Origin: a virus
Length of the DNA: 64,000 nucleotides
Virus record (IMG/VR): IMGVR_UViG_3300029486_000002
Span: 8,787 to 72,786 of that record
Direction: 5' to 3' (one strand)
Positions 17,609 to 26,905 of this stretch are shown one piece after another. Every line of letters begins with the position of its first letter. Positions within the stretch are counted from its first letter, which is position 1. A program made the position numbers and the translations under genes. Under the pieces are notes generated by a model. The model made no database searches, was not told where the DNA came from, and saw nothing but the letters and a program-made list of their open reading frames with translations.

Positions 17609-17842
17609 ATGCGAACATTCACCCCCCCCAAGTGCGAAAACTGCATCTCTTACGACCATATAAAATGCGGTTGCAGAGAGAAAAGCTCACCTCTGTTCGG
17701 CGGCAATATCAGTCCGTTTCACCTTGCTTGCGGCAACTTTATAAGCGTGTCAAAGGTATATGCACCAAAGAACCGCATAAAGAAGTGGTATAAGGTGCGC
17801 ACGATGGACGACATGAGCGACAGCAGAGCGAGACTATATTAA
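17609..17842 (+). CDS. small Cys-rich (zinc-finger-like) protein
   Basis: CENCISYDHIKCGC plus HLACGNF. Confidence 0.4.
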   Translation: MRTFTPPKCENCISYDHIKCGCREKSSPLFGGNISPFHLACGNFISVSKVYAPKNRIKKWYKVRTMDDMSDSRARLY

Positions 17843-17881
17843 ACAGAAAACAGTAAACAAATAAAAAACAACAAAAACAAA

Positions 17882-18487
17882 ATGGCAAGTTACAACGGCA
17901 ACATCGACTTGCTCTCCTTAAATGGAGCGCAGGTGTTCAAGGGTATCGACTCGAAAAACCCTGAGCGTGTATATGTCTGCATTCCGGCAGGCTTGAACGA
18001 AATTAAAGTGGAGCAGGCTCCTAAAGACCCTACTCGCACATTGGCTAAGTTGCGTGTAAACATCTGGCCACTCAACGAGCAGTACAAGGCTAAGGTGCGC
18101 CAGGCTGCTTTGGAGCGTGGCGACAGCAACGTGACCGTACCGACACACGAAATGCAGATGTCGTTTTCGGTTGACTATATCAAGGACATTGTACGGAAGT
18201 TTCCGAAGCTCGTAGAGCAAGTGAAGGAAGCCAACAAAGAACGCGACCCCGAGATTGTAAACCAAGACCCCACCGACGAGAATACTCACCTCTTCAAGGC
18301 TATCCGCCAGCGAATGAATAAGCGACTGGCTATGCTCTACCAGCCACAGACAACACAGCAACCTTCACCATACGCCACACCGAATGTAGGCGTAGCAGGA
18401 GCAGCTACCGGATATGTGGCGCCAGCCGAGAATACTGACCCACTCGCAGGCTATACCGATGCCGACGTAGGCGATCTGCCGTTCTAA
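17882..18487 (+). CDS. SSB-like protein (single-strand DNA-binding candidate) with a canonical acidic C-terminal tip
   Basis: Ends ...DADVGDLPF; compare the bacterial SSB ...DDDIPF partner-binding tip; preceded by a Gly/Ala/Pro-rich flexible tail; located between the primase-helicase and the clamp. Confidence 0.5.
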   Translation: MASYNGNIDLLSLNGAQVFKGIDSKNPERVYVCIPAGLNEIKVEQAPKDPTRTLAKLRVNIWPLNEQYKAKVRQAALERGDSNVTVPTHEMQMSFSVDYIKDIVRKFPKLVEQVKEANKERDPEIVNQDPTDENTHLFKAIRQRMNKRLAMLYQPQTTQQPSPYATPNVGVAGAATGYVAPAENTDPLAGYTDADVGDLPF

Positions 18488-18540
18488 TTCAAAATGCGCA
18501 ACGCGCATAATTCAAAACTCAAATTTCAAAATTCAAAACT
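18486..18540 (+). repeat. TTCAAAA-repeat/palindrome element, copy b (palindrome ATGCGCAACGCGCAT)
   Basis: AATTCAAAATGCGCAACGCGCATAATTCAAAACTCAAATTTCAAAATTCAAAACT; aligns with 23911-23980. Confidence 0.5.
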
Positions 18541-18541
18541 T

Positions 18542-19732
18542 ATGAAGTTACAAGCCCTATCATCCAAAGCCCTGCACGCTGCCCTTAACAAGTCGGCAAA
18601 GTGTATCGGCTCTAAAAATCCCATTGCCATTTTCGACAATGTGCTGCTGACCTGCAACGAAAGCGGTCTGTTCTTTCTTACGTCATCTACAGCAGAAGCA
18701 CAGCTCACCATCCCGGCGCCCATTTCGTTGTGCGGTGGCAAGTTTGATAAGCCGATAGTGCTACCTATAAAGATGCTCAGTTCGCTGTTAGGCACACTGC
18801 CCGACTGCGTTGTCACTCTTGATATAGAGGAGGGTGGATCGTCGTTCACTGTAGAGTATTGCACCGGCAGTGGCGACAACGTTAAGTCGGGCAAGGCTAA
18901 AATGGCTTATTTCTCGGGCAACGAATACCCTCAGATGCTATTGCCCAAGAGTGAGGCATCAACAATTATTTGCCTGCCTTTTCAGTTGTTCCATTCTGTT
19001 ATAGATACTGCTGATAAGTTTGTTCAGATAGACGAACTTCGCCCCCAGCTTTCCAGCTTGTGTGTAGACATTGCCGACGACCGCTCAGAGGTGGTCTTTG
19101 CGGCTACGAACGGACATACGCTTGCAAAGATAGTACACAGCAATGATCCGCAGAAGGGTGGCAGTGATTTCTTCCGTAGTGGCGAGCCTCGCAAGACGCT
19201 TATCCACCGCAATTACTTCCGCACGTTGTCAGCCTTTGACGGATGCGAGGAGATCAGCATCGAGAACGACGGAAACACCATCCGTTTTTCGTCGGGCGAC
19301 ATCGAACTTATTTGCAAGCACATGGAGGGCAAATACCCTAACTACAGCGGCGTAATTCCGAAGTCCAACCCCTACTTCGTCGTATTTGACAAGAAGGAAA
19401 TGACTGACATCCTGCGCCGTGTCAGTCTGTTCTCAAGTAGCGCAAGCAATCTTGTAAAGGTAGAGAAGAACGGCATTTTCATCAACGTTTCTGCGAGTAA
19501 CATGGATTTTGCTTTGTCCGGCGAAGACCAGGTGCTCATATCTAACGCAGAGTGCCCCGACAATTTCCGCATCGGATTGAAGTCGTCGGCTTTTCAGACC
19601 TGTATCAACTCCATTCCGTCGGACACCATACGAATGCAGTTGCTTGACGCTTCGCACGCCGTAGTGCTCACCGCTGACACACCTGCGCCTAAAGTGATGA
19701 CGCTTGTGATGCCGATGCTGCTTGACGATTAA
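18542..19732 (+). CDS. dnaN: DNA polymerase III beta sliding clamp
   Basis: NPIAIFDNVLLTCNE matches PILGNLLL; RPQLSSLCVDIADDRSEVVFAATNGHTLA matches RYYLNGMLFETEGEELRTVATDGHRLA of E. coli DnaN; about 400 aa; the start is taken at the second ATG because the first lies inside the repeat. Confidence 0.85.
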   Translation: MKLQALSSKALHAALNKSAKCIGSKNPIAIFDNVLLTCNESGLFFLTSSTAEAQLTIPAPISLCGGKFDKPIVLPIKMLSSLLGTLPDCVVTLDIEEGGSSFTVEYCTGSGDNVKSGKAKMAYFSGNEYPQMLLPKSEASTIICLPFQLFHSVIDTADKFVQIDELRPQLSSLCVDIADDRSEVVFAATNGHTLAKIVHSNDPQKGGSDFFRSGEPRKTLIHRNYFRTLSAFDGCEEISIENDGNTIRFSSGDIELICKHMEGKYPNYSGVIPKSNPYFVVFDKKEMTDILRRVSLFSSSASNLVKVEKNGIFINVSASNMDFALSGEDQVLISNAECPDNFRIGLKSSAFQTCINSIPSDTIRMQLLDASHAVVLTADTPAPKVMTLVMPMLLDD

Positions 19733-19764
19733 TTGATAATTCATAACTAATAATTAATAATCAA

Positions 19765-20400
19765 ATGGACGATACTCTCCTCTTTATTCCGCCTTGCTGC
19801 GTAGACAATAAGCTGCCCAAGGCGGTCAACCAGGCACCTCACCGTCAGCTCACGTTTTACACACATGGCGACGTAACGGTGGAGAAATTCTATAAGGCAG
19901 TGAGCCACCTCGTGATAGACTCTCACGTAATGGTGCTCACCATGCCTTTGCCTAAGCAAGAGACATTTATGTTTCTTGAGCAATGCTTTGAGCGAGGATG
20001 GACAACCCACCTCGTGCTATCCACCTACCGCTCATGCGACTCGCTCATAGCAAAACACCTTGGCGATTACGCCGACCGCATCATCTATGCGCAAAGCGGC
20101 GACGTGAGCGACCTAAGCAGCCACATGGTGCTCTACAACAAAGACAGGGCATTGACACTAAGCGGACCGATGTTCGACCGTCCGCAAATAGATGTACGAC
20201 TGGCTGCATACACAATAGTATTCCATCCCTCCCACCTGCTAAACTCTACAGCCGACTGGGGCAATTCGCTCCGTAATATTCTCTTCCCCGACGTACTGCG
20301 TCAGCGCAAGAAGATGTTTGCCGGAGGTGTAAAATTGATAAAGGATAAGGAAATCGACAGGTTCATACACTTGGAATTTCCACCATTCAAAGAAGAATAA
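19765..20400 (+). CDS. hypothetical protein (211 aa)
   Basis: ORF track. Confidence 0.45.
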   Translation: MDDTLLFIPPCCVDNKLPKAVNQAPHRQLTFYTHGDVTVEKFYKAVSHLVIDSHVMVLTMPLPKQETFMFLEQCFERGWTTHLVLSTYRSCDSLIAKHLGDYADRIIYAQSGDVSDLSSHMVLYNKDRALTLSGPMFDRPQIDVRLAAYTIVFHPSHLLNSTADWGNSLRNILFPDVLRQRKKMFAGGVKLIKDKEIDRFIHLEFPPFKEE

Positions 20401-20402
20401 AT

Positions 20403-20714
20403 ATGAGACCACTTACACAGTCATTCACCGAGCTGCGCCGCTATATGGAAAAGTGGCAATGGAACGACCCACGCACGGGACAGCGCGTCACAGGCTTCAA
20501 TCCACCGCAGACAGCACGCAACGTGGCACGTATGCCGTTCTACATACGTTTCCTCACCAAGACGGGACATGTAGACACCGGCACCTGCGTCTGCCTCTCG
20601 GTTGACACCATACGCCACCAGCGCAAGGTGCAGTTTGTGGAGAGTGGCGAGATAAGGGTTGTGAACGACATACTCGTGCTCGAAGTAGATGGCACGAGAT
20701 TTATAACGCATTAA
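20403..20714 (+). CDS. hypothetical protein (103 aa)
   Basis: ORF track; 2-nt spacer from the previous gene. Confidence 0.4.
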   Translation: MRPLTQSFTELRRYMEKWQWNDPRTGQRVTGFNPPQTARNVARMPFYIRFLTKTGHVDTGTCVCLSVDTIRHQRKVQFVESGEIRVVNDILVLEVDGTRFITH

Positions 20715-20940
20715 AACGATTTGTTTACATGGAGTTTAAGTCATTTTTTATGGTAGATTAATATTGTTTTTAAAGCACTACTCTGGTTCGTGAGAATAGG
20801 AGTGGATTTCTAAAACGTTTTTATTTTTGATGGAATTTAGTTTACTTTCTCGCTCGTGAGAGTGGGGAAGTTTTTAGAGTTTTTTTATTTGCTCCGTGTG
20901 CGCAGTCTATAATATAAACAACTTTTAAAAAATCAAAAAT

Positions 20941-21495
20941 ATGAATTTGTTCAAGTCAAAGAAAAAGCAGTCGCTAAAAGAACTGCGTGACCTTACCGCC
21001 GTTTGTTCAATTCTCGACGAGTTTGAGCGTAGGGGCATTATCTTCTGGCGTCGCAGGGACAATCTTCTCCTTATCGAGGAAGTCCTCGCTGTGTTAAAGT
21101 TGGCTGAGGGACGTGCCGGCTTCCACAAGTTCCTCAATCAGGTTGCCATGTGGCAGAGTAATAAACTTATTAACGAGGCCTACGAAGCATATCGTATAGA
21201 GGTAGAAACGGACGCCGTGCGTAAGGCACAACTCAAGTTCGCAAATCTCACCAAAGCCGACATTATGCGCATCCGGCAAGAAGCAAGAGAAAACATGCCG
21301 ATGCTGCCTATGGAGCAGCTTGACTGCATCAAGGAGTTCGACATATTCGTTGTCCGAGCTAATGCTCCTTCGGCGCAGAATGCTACAGAAGAGAGCGGTC
21401 AACTCCTTGCTCTTGGCCATTACGACGGAGAGAAGGTAGAGATGGCAATGTACGATGATGTGAAACACAACCTTGTAAATAGCGACAATGATTAA
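20941..21495 (+). CDS. hypothetical protein (184 aa)
   Basis: ORF track. Confidence 0.45.
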   Translation: MNLFKSKKKQSLKELRDLTAVCSILDEFERRGIIFWRRRDNLLLIEEVLAVLKLAEGRAGFHKFLNQVAMWQSNKLINEAYEAYRIEVETDAVRKAQLKFANLTKADIMRIRQEARENMPMLPMEQLDCIKEFDIFVVRANAPSAQNATEESGQLLALGHYDGEKVEMAMYDDVKHNLVNSDND

Positions 21496-22042
21496 AGTGT
21501 CTTTCAACCATCACGATTTTATGTTCGCCATCGAAGGATTTGTTCATGGCTCGCATCTACGTCAGCACGTATGGCGCAATATCGTCTATAAGGCGATTCC
21601 TCAGATGTCTGCTGACGATATGGACTTTTTGTGGTTTTTCCTTCGTCGAGATACGTTCGGTGTCTATTTCTGTCAGAATAGCCCCCACTTCGGCTACTAT
21701 GATTTCATGCACGTGCTCGCTGCTCTGCATCGGGGCAATCGCTATAAAGTGTTGTTCAGGTCCGAGGATGGTACCAAAACGTTCAGGGCATTCTGCTATC
21801 GCTTCCACGGCAAGTATAGACCGCTGCATCTTTATTATTTCGATGAAAGTATGCGGAGGTGGAAACTTCAACATGCAATAGAAGCGTTTGATGCTTTTAT
21901 TCCCGACGATCAGATAAAGATGGCAGTAAGAAGGCGAGGGGTGCGCAACGAGTACGTACAAGAAGACAAGGAAGAGTGGTGGAACGATTTTGACATATAC
22001 GACGACTTTTGCGAGCGTTTTAACTTAATAAGTCAAAATTAA
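21488..22042 (+). CDS. hypothetical protein (184 aa)
   Basis: ORF track; overlaps the upstream gene by 8 nt. Confidence 0.45.
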   Translation: MIKVSFNHHDFMFAIEGFVHGSHLRQHVWRNIVYKAIPQMSADDMDFLWFFLRRDTFGVYFCQNSPHFGYYDFMHVLAALHRGNRYKVLFRSEDGTKTFRAFCYRFHGKYRPLHLYYFDESMRRWKLQHAIEAFDAFIPDDQIKMAVRRRGVRNEYVQEDKEEWWNDFDIYDDFCERFNLISQN

Positions 22043-22060
22043 AAAGCTAAATGTATAGAT

Positions 22061-22375
22061 ATGAACCCTAAGCTAAAGAAATTTATAAAGCAGTACAAGG
22101 ATAGTTGTAATAAGTTAGCAGAACTCGTCAATATGCAACTGTTTTGCGGTTGCCGCAAGTGGTATTGGATAGGAGAGGAAGTAGGTGGGGCGTGCGACTT
22201 CGAGGAATGTGACGTGCTGAACTCTGAAGATATGGTGCGCATCATCGAGAACGGTCTGACCTACGACCAATATGCCGAGTGGCGTGAGGCCAACCTCGAC
22301 CACGCGCAGTATATAAACTTAAAGTCGTGGCTCATGGGCGCACGGCATGATATGCTGAAGGAAGAAAATAAATAA
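22061..22375 (+). CDS. hypothetical Cys-containing protein (104 aa)
   Basis: ORF track. Confidence 0.4.
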   Translation: MNPKLKKFIKQYKDSCNKLAELVNMQLFCGCRKWYWIGEEVGGACDFEECDVLNSEDMVRIIENGLTYDQYAEWREANLDHAQYINLKSWLMGARHDMLKEENK

Positions 22376-22384
22376 CAGGAATAT

Positions 22385-23044
22385 ATGCGACACTATAGTT
22401 CTCTTTCTGAAGACGAGATTCATTCCCTTTCTTTGGTTTATCCGACAACTGCAAATGTAATGCTCTGTTCTCAGTATGATATTAGCCGTGCTGGATTACA
22501 TCGTCTTGCTGTTGCACATGGATGGGAAAAAGATCGGGCTACAATGGCAATGATGAAGGCGCAAGGTGACAGAATCACAGCCGGCCAGGTAAAATGGCTG
22601 TGCGACAACTACGCTAACATGCCCAATTCTGAGTTAATGTTATATTTGGGTATAGGCGAACATGCTTTAGCGAGGTTAGCACATCAGTACAAATTAAAAA
22701 AGTCGTCCGAATACCTCAAACGTATGGGGACAAAGATATGGGAAGCAACATCCGAACTGAAGGATTTTCTCCCTCTGAACGAGCCGATTATTTCCTCCTA
22801 TTCACGCGGCGCTCGTCGTACTGGCACTATCTACCAAGAGATACAGCGTAATGTAAAAGGTCGCGAGCAAAGAGGCTGTGGTTCTGCCGGTCATGTTGTC
22901 CGAGGTGTGGGCTTCGTGAAACAGCAGCGTATTCGCTGGGTGGGAGAGATAACAGCCCACTACAAGCGTTACCGTTTTCGCTCTACTGATTATCAGTCGG
23001 TGGTGAGCTGGTTGTCGATGATGCGGAACAGGTTGGCGGATTAA
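22385..23044 (+). CDS. hypothetical protein (219 aa)
   Basis: ORF track. Confidence 0.45.
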   Translation: MRHYSSLSEDEIHSLSLVYPTTANVMLCSQYDISRAGLHRLAVAHGWEKDRATMAMMKAQGDRITAGQVKWLCDNYANMPNSELMLYLGIGEHALARLAHQYKLKKSSEYLKRMGTKIWEATSELKDFLPLNEPIISSYSRGARRTGTIYQEIQRNVKGREQRGCGSAGHVVRGVGFVKQQRIRWVGEITAHYKRYRFRSTDYQSVVSWLSMMRNRLAD

Positions 23045-23068
23045 AGTTAGAATTAAACGAATTATATT

Positions 23069-23812
23069 ATGAAAATCCCCGAACAATATAGTCCTTGTAA
23101 AGAATTAGCCGATCTATGCGTTGATAGAGAAGGCAACTTTCTTTATCGTGGAAAGCCTAAAGCCGTAATTCGCCCTGTTAGTAGGCACGGTAAAAAGCTA
23201 ACGGCTCGCATTGCCATTATGCGTGAGAGAAAGCAGATGTATTTTTCTGCCGCCCAGCTTGTCGCTTCTGCTTTCATCCCCGGGTACGATAATCATGCGT
23301 ATATAGAATATAAGGATGGAGACATACATAACATTTGTGCTGACAATCTCAGCATCGTCACGAAAAAAGATTATTATGTAGCTCGCATGGCCGTAGCCAA
23401 CTATTATCACAAGCGAGGCACTTATCAGTATCAGGTAGAACGCATAGAAAATACCATTTTTGATGCCCAAGCCGTATTGCATTATTTCAAGACGGGAGAC
23501 ATGAGCGAGGTAAACAAGCGAGTGGAAACCTACCTGTTTGAATGTTTGATGCTCTACTGCGTCAAAAGCCTACACCTCTCTGAGCAGACGGCATACGAAT
23601 ATGCCGCAGATGTGATTGTTCGGATGTACGATGTATTGTTGTCCGGTCATGCCGTATCTAATCTCGAATATTATTGCAAGGAATTGCTCTTGCATCGCAA
23701 ACGCCATAAGGCCTATGGGTTTAAAGGCACGATAAAGAAAGAAATCAAATTGATGATAAAAGATTTGGATTTGACGCCCATTCAAGAAAAGTATGATGTG
23801 TCGATAGTCTAA
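23069..23812 (+). CDS. HNH endonuclease (HNH_3-type)
   Basis: IEYKDGDIHNICADNLSIVT fits the H-x-DG-x-NNx-x-NL-x-x-T HNH signature; convergent with the terminase. Confidence 0.65.
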   Translation: MKIPEQYSPCKELADLCVDREGNFLYRGKPKAVIRPVSRHGKKLTARIAIMRERKQMYFSAAQLVASAFIPGYDNHAYIEYKDGDIHNICADNLSIVTKKDYYVARMAVANYYHKRGTYQYQVERIENTIFDAQAVLHYFKTGDMSEVNKRVETYLFECLMLYCVKSLHLSEQTAYEYAADVIVRMYDVLLSGHAVSNLEYYCKELLLHRKRHKAYGFKGTIKKEIKLMIKDLDLTPIQEKYDVSIV

Positions 23813-23860
23813 GTTTTATCATCTCAATACATATAGTACTTTTCATCGTATATTAATAAG

Positions 23861-23900
23861 AAGGGCAGCCGTTGTGGTAACGTCTGCCCTTCGCCCTTTT
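23861..23900. terminator. bidirectional terminator hairpin AAGGGCAG...CTGCCCTT
   Basis: 8-bp stem between the convergent HNH (+) and terminase (-) genes. Confidence 0.5.
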
Positions 23901-23910
23901 ATATCATGGA

Positions 23911-23980
23911 AAACTCAAAATTGAACAATTCAAAATGCGCATAGCGCACAAATCAAAACTCAAAATTCAAAACTCAAAAA
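23911..23980 (+). repeat. TTCAAAA-repeat/palindrome element, copy c (palindrome TGCGCATAGCGCA)
   Basis: AAACTCAAAATTGAACAATTCAAAATGCGCATAGCGCACAAATCAAAACTCAAAATTCAAAACTCAAAAA. Confidence 0.5.
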
Positions 23981-23984
23981 TCCC

Positions 23985-25976
23985 TTATCTTCCACTCGGC
24001 AGCACAAACCAACCGCCACCGCCACGGAAGAATTTGTAACCTAAATACAGAGTATCGAAGGCATCCGTGAAGTCGGTACGTTGCTGTAAGGGCAGTGTGT
24101 CCTCACTTTCTGGCTTCTTTTCGCCCGACTTATCCTTATGAAATCCTTTGTACGAAATCTGCACTTCGCAGAGCTGCATGGCTATGATAAGATCGGGGTT
24201 GTTTATTTGGTTAATACGGATGGCGGGGTAGGAGAGGTGAGCAAGACCGTCGTTAATGATTTGATGTTTCACCTCATGCTTTTCTGGCGCACCCATGTCT
24301 ATTGCTGTCACGTTCCAACCTCGTTTCTCCAGTTCTGCAATCACTATCATATAGAAGCGTTCGTCGCTCGAAGCGTACGAGGCTCCCTGCTTGGCAGTGG
24401 AATCGTAGAAATACGTCACGTCGCGGTTGATGGCTCGCTTCGGAGCGTAGTAGTCCGAAAAATCGGCAATTAGTTCGCGTAGTTTGCGCTCGTTCTTTAC
24501 GTAAAAACTCTTTATCACATTCAGACACTCCATGCCGTCACGCGCGTAGCCTTGTCCCACAACGAGTGTATTGATGTTAGCGTTATAGTCGAGAGCTATA
24601 TATAGAGGCAGGGAGTTGATGCAGTCGGAATCCATGCGGCAGTCGTTGCGCTCGGCGAGTTCCTGGAAGTCGGGTTGGTAACTCTCGCTTGTGATGCGTT
24701 TGCCGTTGATGATGCCACTTACCTTTTGTGTGCTAAAATTCGCCTGATTAAGAACATCATCATCTGGGATATAACCGTGAACATGATCAATGTCGAGGTT
24801 GGAATAAAAGCCATCGTTCGATTTCTGTATCTTGACGTTAAGAATTGAGACCGCGAAGGTGTATGGCGGAAGGTCACGCTTCATCTGACGAATATAGTCT
24901 TCGCCCAAAATATCCACATTGTCGAGCGATGACGCACGGCGCACGCAGAAAGCCACACGGCGCAGCTCACGCAGATAACCATCAGTGAACTTCTTTGAGC
25001 GCAGAAACATCTGCATCTCGAAATCTTCTTCTGGCGTGATAAGATACTCATAATCGTAAATTAGTTCGGCATCGTCCTGTGGAATGAGTTTATAGTTGAC
25101 AGCCATCTCCACCATGCCCTTTGTGACGTGTTGGCCATGGTTGGGCATTATCTTGAACTGTCCCTCATGCTTCATCATCTTCAGAGCCACGGCACGGATC
25201 ATCGTGCGCAAATCCTTCGGCACCACATGTACTGAGTGCCCCGTCTTCTTGGCGTTATACAGCAGGTCGTTGTAGCGTATCACCTTATTTGCATAATCCT
25301 CCAACTGCTTCTGCACCCATCGGTAAGTCTTGCCCTTGAACGGACCCGTCTCTACGGTCAGGTCCAGTTTCTCCTCCTCTTTCTCCAGCCACGAACCTTT
25401 GGCAGTGAGCGAGGCATCCGAGAGAAAGCGTGTTGATTTATACATCGGGTTGTGGTCAGAGAAGTTGATGTCGCCCAGCGGATGCGTCTGACCTGAAAGA
25501 GCCGGCATCAATTCGTCTGTTACTTTCTTATACGGGAAGAATCTCGCCTCGTCGCCCACCATTGCCGAGAACGTGTAGGAGTTGGCAGAGGCAGTCTGCG
25601 AGAGAGAAATAAGAACCCATCCGGCACCATTCGCCAGCCAAATGTAGTTGTCGTAGTTCTTAGGTTTGAAGATACTCTCGCGAGCATGTTTCGGTGGTCG
25701 TCCCCACCCAAAGTGAATGCCCTGCGTAAAGCCGAACATACGCTCCATAGCCGCCATCGTACTCGGTATGGTCTTGCCGAAGCCCTGTTGACGCGACACA
25801 GCCACCCATGCGCCGAGCATACCAGGCATAGAGTTGCTTGCCGTCCAGACGTAAGGAGCCACCAAACCATCGGTCTTACCCACACGGCGGGCAGCAATCA
25901 CTCGCTCGTCTTTGGCTCCCATGTATAGCGACTGCTGCTGGAACTTAGTTAAGTAAATATTATGTGCTTGCTGCAT
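23985..25976 (-). CDS. terL: terminase large subunit
   Basis: Walker A RRVGKTDG; Walker B ...MVGDEARFF; C-terminal nuclease-like LDYNANINTLVV and FYDSTAKQG; 663 aa. Confidence 0.8.
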   Translation of the reverse strand: MQQAHNIYLTKFQQQSLYMGAKDERVIAARRVGKTDGLVAPYVWTASNSMPGMLGAWVAVSRQQGFGKTIPSTMAAMERMFGFTQGIHFGWGRPPKHARESIFKPKNYDNYIWLANGAGWVLISLSQTASANSYTFSAMVGDEARFFPYKKVTDELMPALSGQTHPLGDINFSDHNPMYKSTRFLSDASLTAKGSWLEKEEEKLDLTVETGPFKGKTYRWVQKQLEDYANKVIRYNDLLYNAKKTGHSVHVVPKDLRTMIRAVALKMMKHEGQFKIMPNHGQHVTKGMVEMAVNYKLIPQDDAELIYDYEYLITPEEDFEMQMFLRSKKFTDGYLRELRRVAFCVRRASSLDNVDILGEDYIRQMKRDLPPYTFAVSILNVKIQKSNDGFYSNLDIDHVHGYIPDDDVLNQANFSTQKVSGIINGKRITSESYQPDFQELAERNDCRMDSDCINSLPLYIALDYNANINTLVVGQGYARDGMECLNVIKSFYVKNERKLRELIADFSDYYAPKRAINRDVTYFYDSTAKQGASYASSDERFYMIVIAELEKRGWNVTAIDMGAPEKHEVKHQIINDGLAHLSYPAIRINQINNPDLIIAMQLCEVQISYKGFHKDKSGEKKPESEDTLPLQQRTDFTDAFDTLYLGYKFFRGGGGWFVLPSGR

Positions 25977-25978
25977 TG

Positions 25979-26206
25979 TTATCCTGATGTTTTATGTCCT
26001 ATATGCCATTTATTGCACGTCCTGCACCGGTACACCGTATATCCCCGTGCTTTGAGATTCGGGTTCTCTTGTAAGAACTCCCAAGCATCATCCTCGGTCT
26101 CGTATGCTTCCTTCGCCTTCCATGAGTGCTGCTTGCGAGTGTAGTGCTCGGGGTCCGGCTTGAACGGCGGAATTTTATTGAAGTATTTGTGTCGGTTGTT
26201 ATTCAT
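25979..26206 (-). CDS. small zinc-ribbon protein
   Basis: RCRTCNKWHIGH; 75 aa; stop/start 3 nt from terL. Confidence 0.45.
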   Translation of the reverse strand: MNNNRHKYFNKIPPFKPDPEHYTRKQHSWKAKEAYETEDDAWEFLQENPNLKARGYTVYRCRTCNKWHIGHKTSG

Positions 26207-26251
26207 GTGTTATTTTTGTGTTGTTTTGTGTTTTCTGTTGTTCAGTTCCCG

Positions 26252-26846
26252 TCAGTTAAACCATTTCACAGTTGTCTCTCCCTTATACCCTTTCTCCCAC
26301 ACGAACCATGCGTAAGCCGCTGCGCTGCTGCCGTACTTGTCGAAGTCGCCATTCATAGCACATTTCAGTCGCGACGAACTTACCCAGACACGAATGGGGG
26401 GGGGTAGAACGGAAGAGAGCGCGTCGAGCCTTGCCTTCAAGAAAAGTCAGTTTGAGGAACATCGCCACTTTCTTACCTTCGGGAATGATGCTCAGAGCCT
26501 TTTCCACAAACTGCTGCGCATATTTGTAGGGTGGATTGGTCACGATGTTCCCGTCCCACGCCAAGTTGTCTATTGCAAGGAAGTCAGCCACCTCGCCGTA
26601 ACCTCTATCCACAAGGTCGCGGCTCACCACCTCATACCCTGCTGCCTTCAGCACCTCGCTTATGTGTCCTTCGCCACACGCAGGTTCCAATATTCTACCG
26701 TCGAATTGTTCCAACCGGCAAAGCCACTCCGTAGCTTTTGGCTCCGTAGCGTAATAGTCCTCACGCTGTCGTTCTCCGTCAGCATGATTACTCGCTCCTA
26801 ATGTCTTGAACACGGCAGCCGAGCCGCCCACCCAGTCCTTAGCCAT
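26252..26846 (-). CDS. small N6-adenine (or N4-cytosine) DNA methyltransferase, split by a +1 frameshift at a homopolymer of about 9 G (plus strand, near 26396-26404)
   Basis: SAM motif EPACGEGH; catalytic TNPPY; track ORFs 26283-26846 and 26252-26440 overlap in different frames across the G-run; the downstream frame gives the plausible C-terminus ...DFDKYGSSAAAYAWFVWEKGYKGETTVKWFN. Confidence 0.6.
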
Positions 26847-26905
26847 TGCAAGCCTCCTTTCTGTTTATATTGCTATTACTCATAATGTATGACGTTGTGT
26901 TTTGT

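Noticed and set aside
17628-17634. C-run of about 7 in the zinc-finger ORF, and a G-run of about 7 at 61423-61429, as further frameshift sites
   Set aside because: Both are read through in frame in the current sequence (TPPK and WGGS), so they are only potential slippage tracts.
18494-18541. Upstream ATG at 18494 as the dnaN start
   Set aside because: It lies inside the ATGCGCAACGCGCAT palindrome of the repeat element. The ATG at 18542 follows the element and gives a DnaN-length protein.
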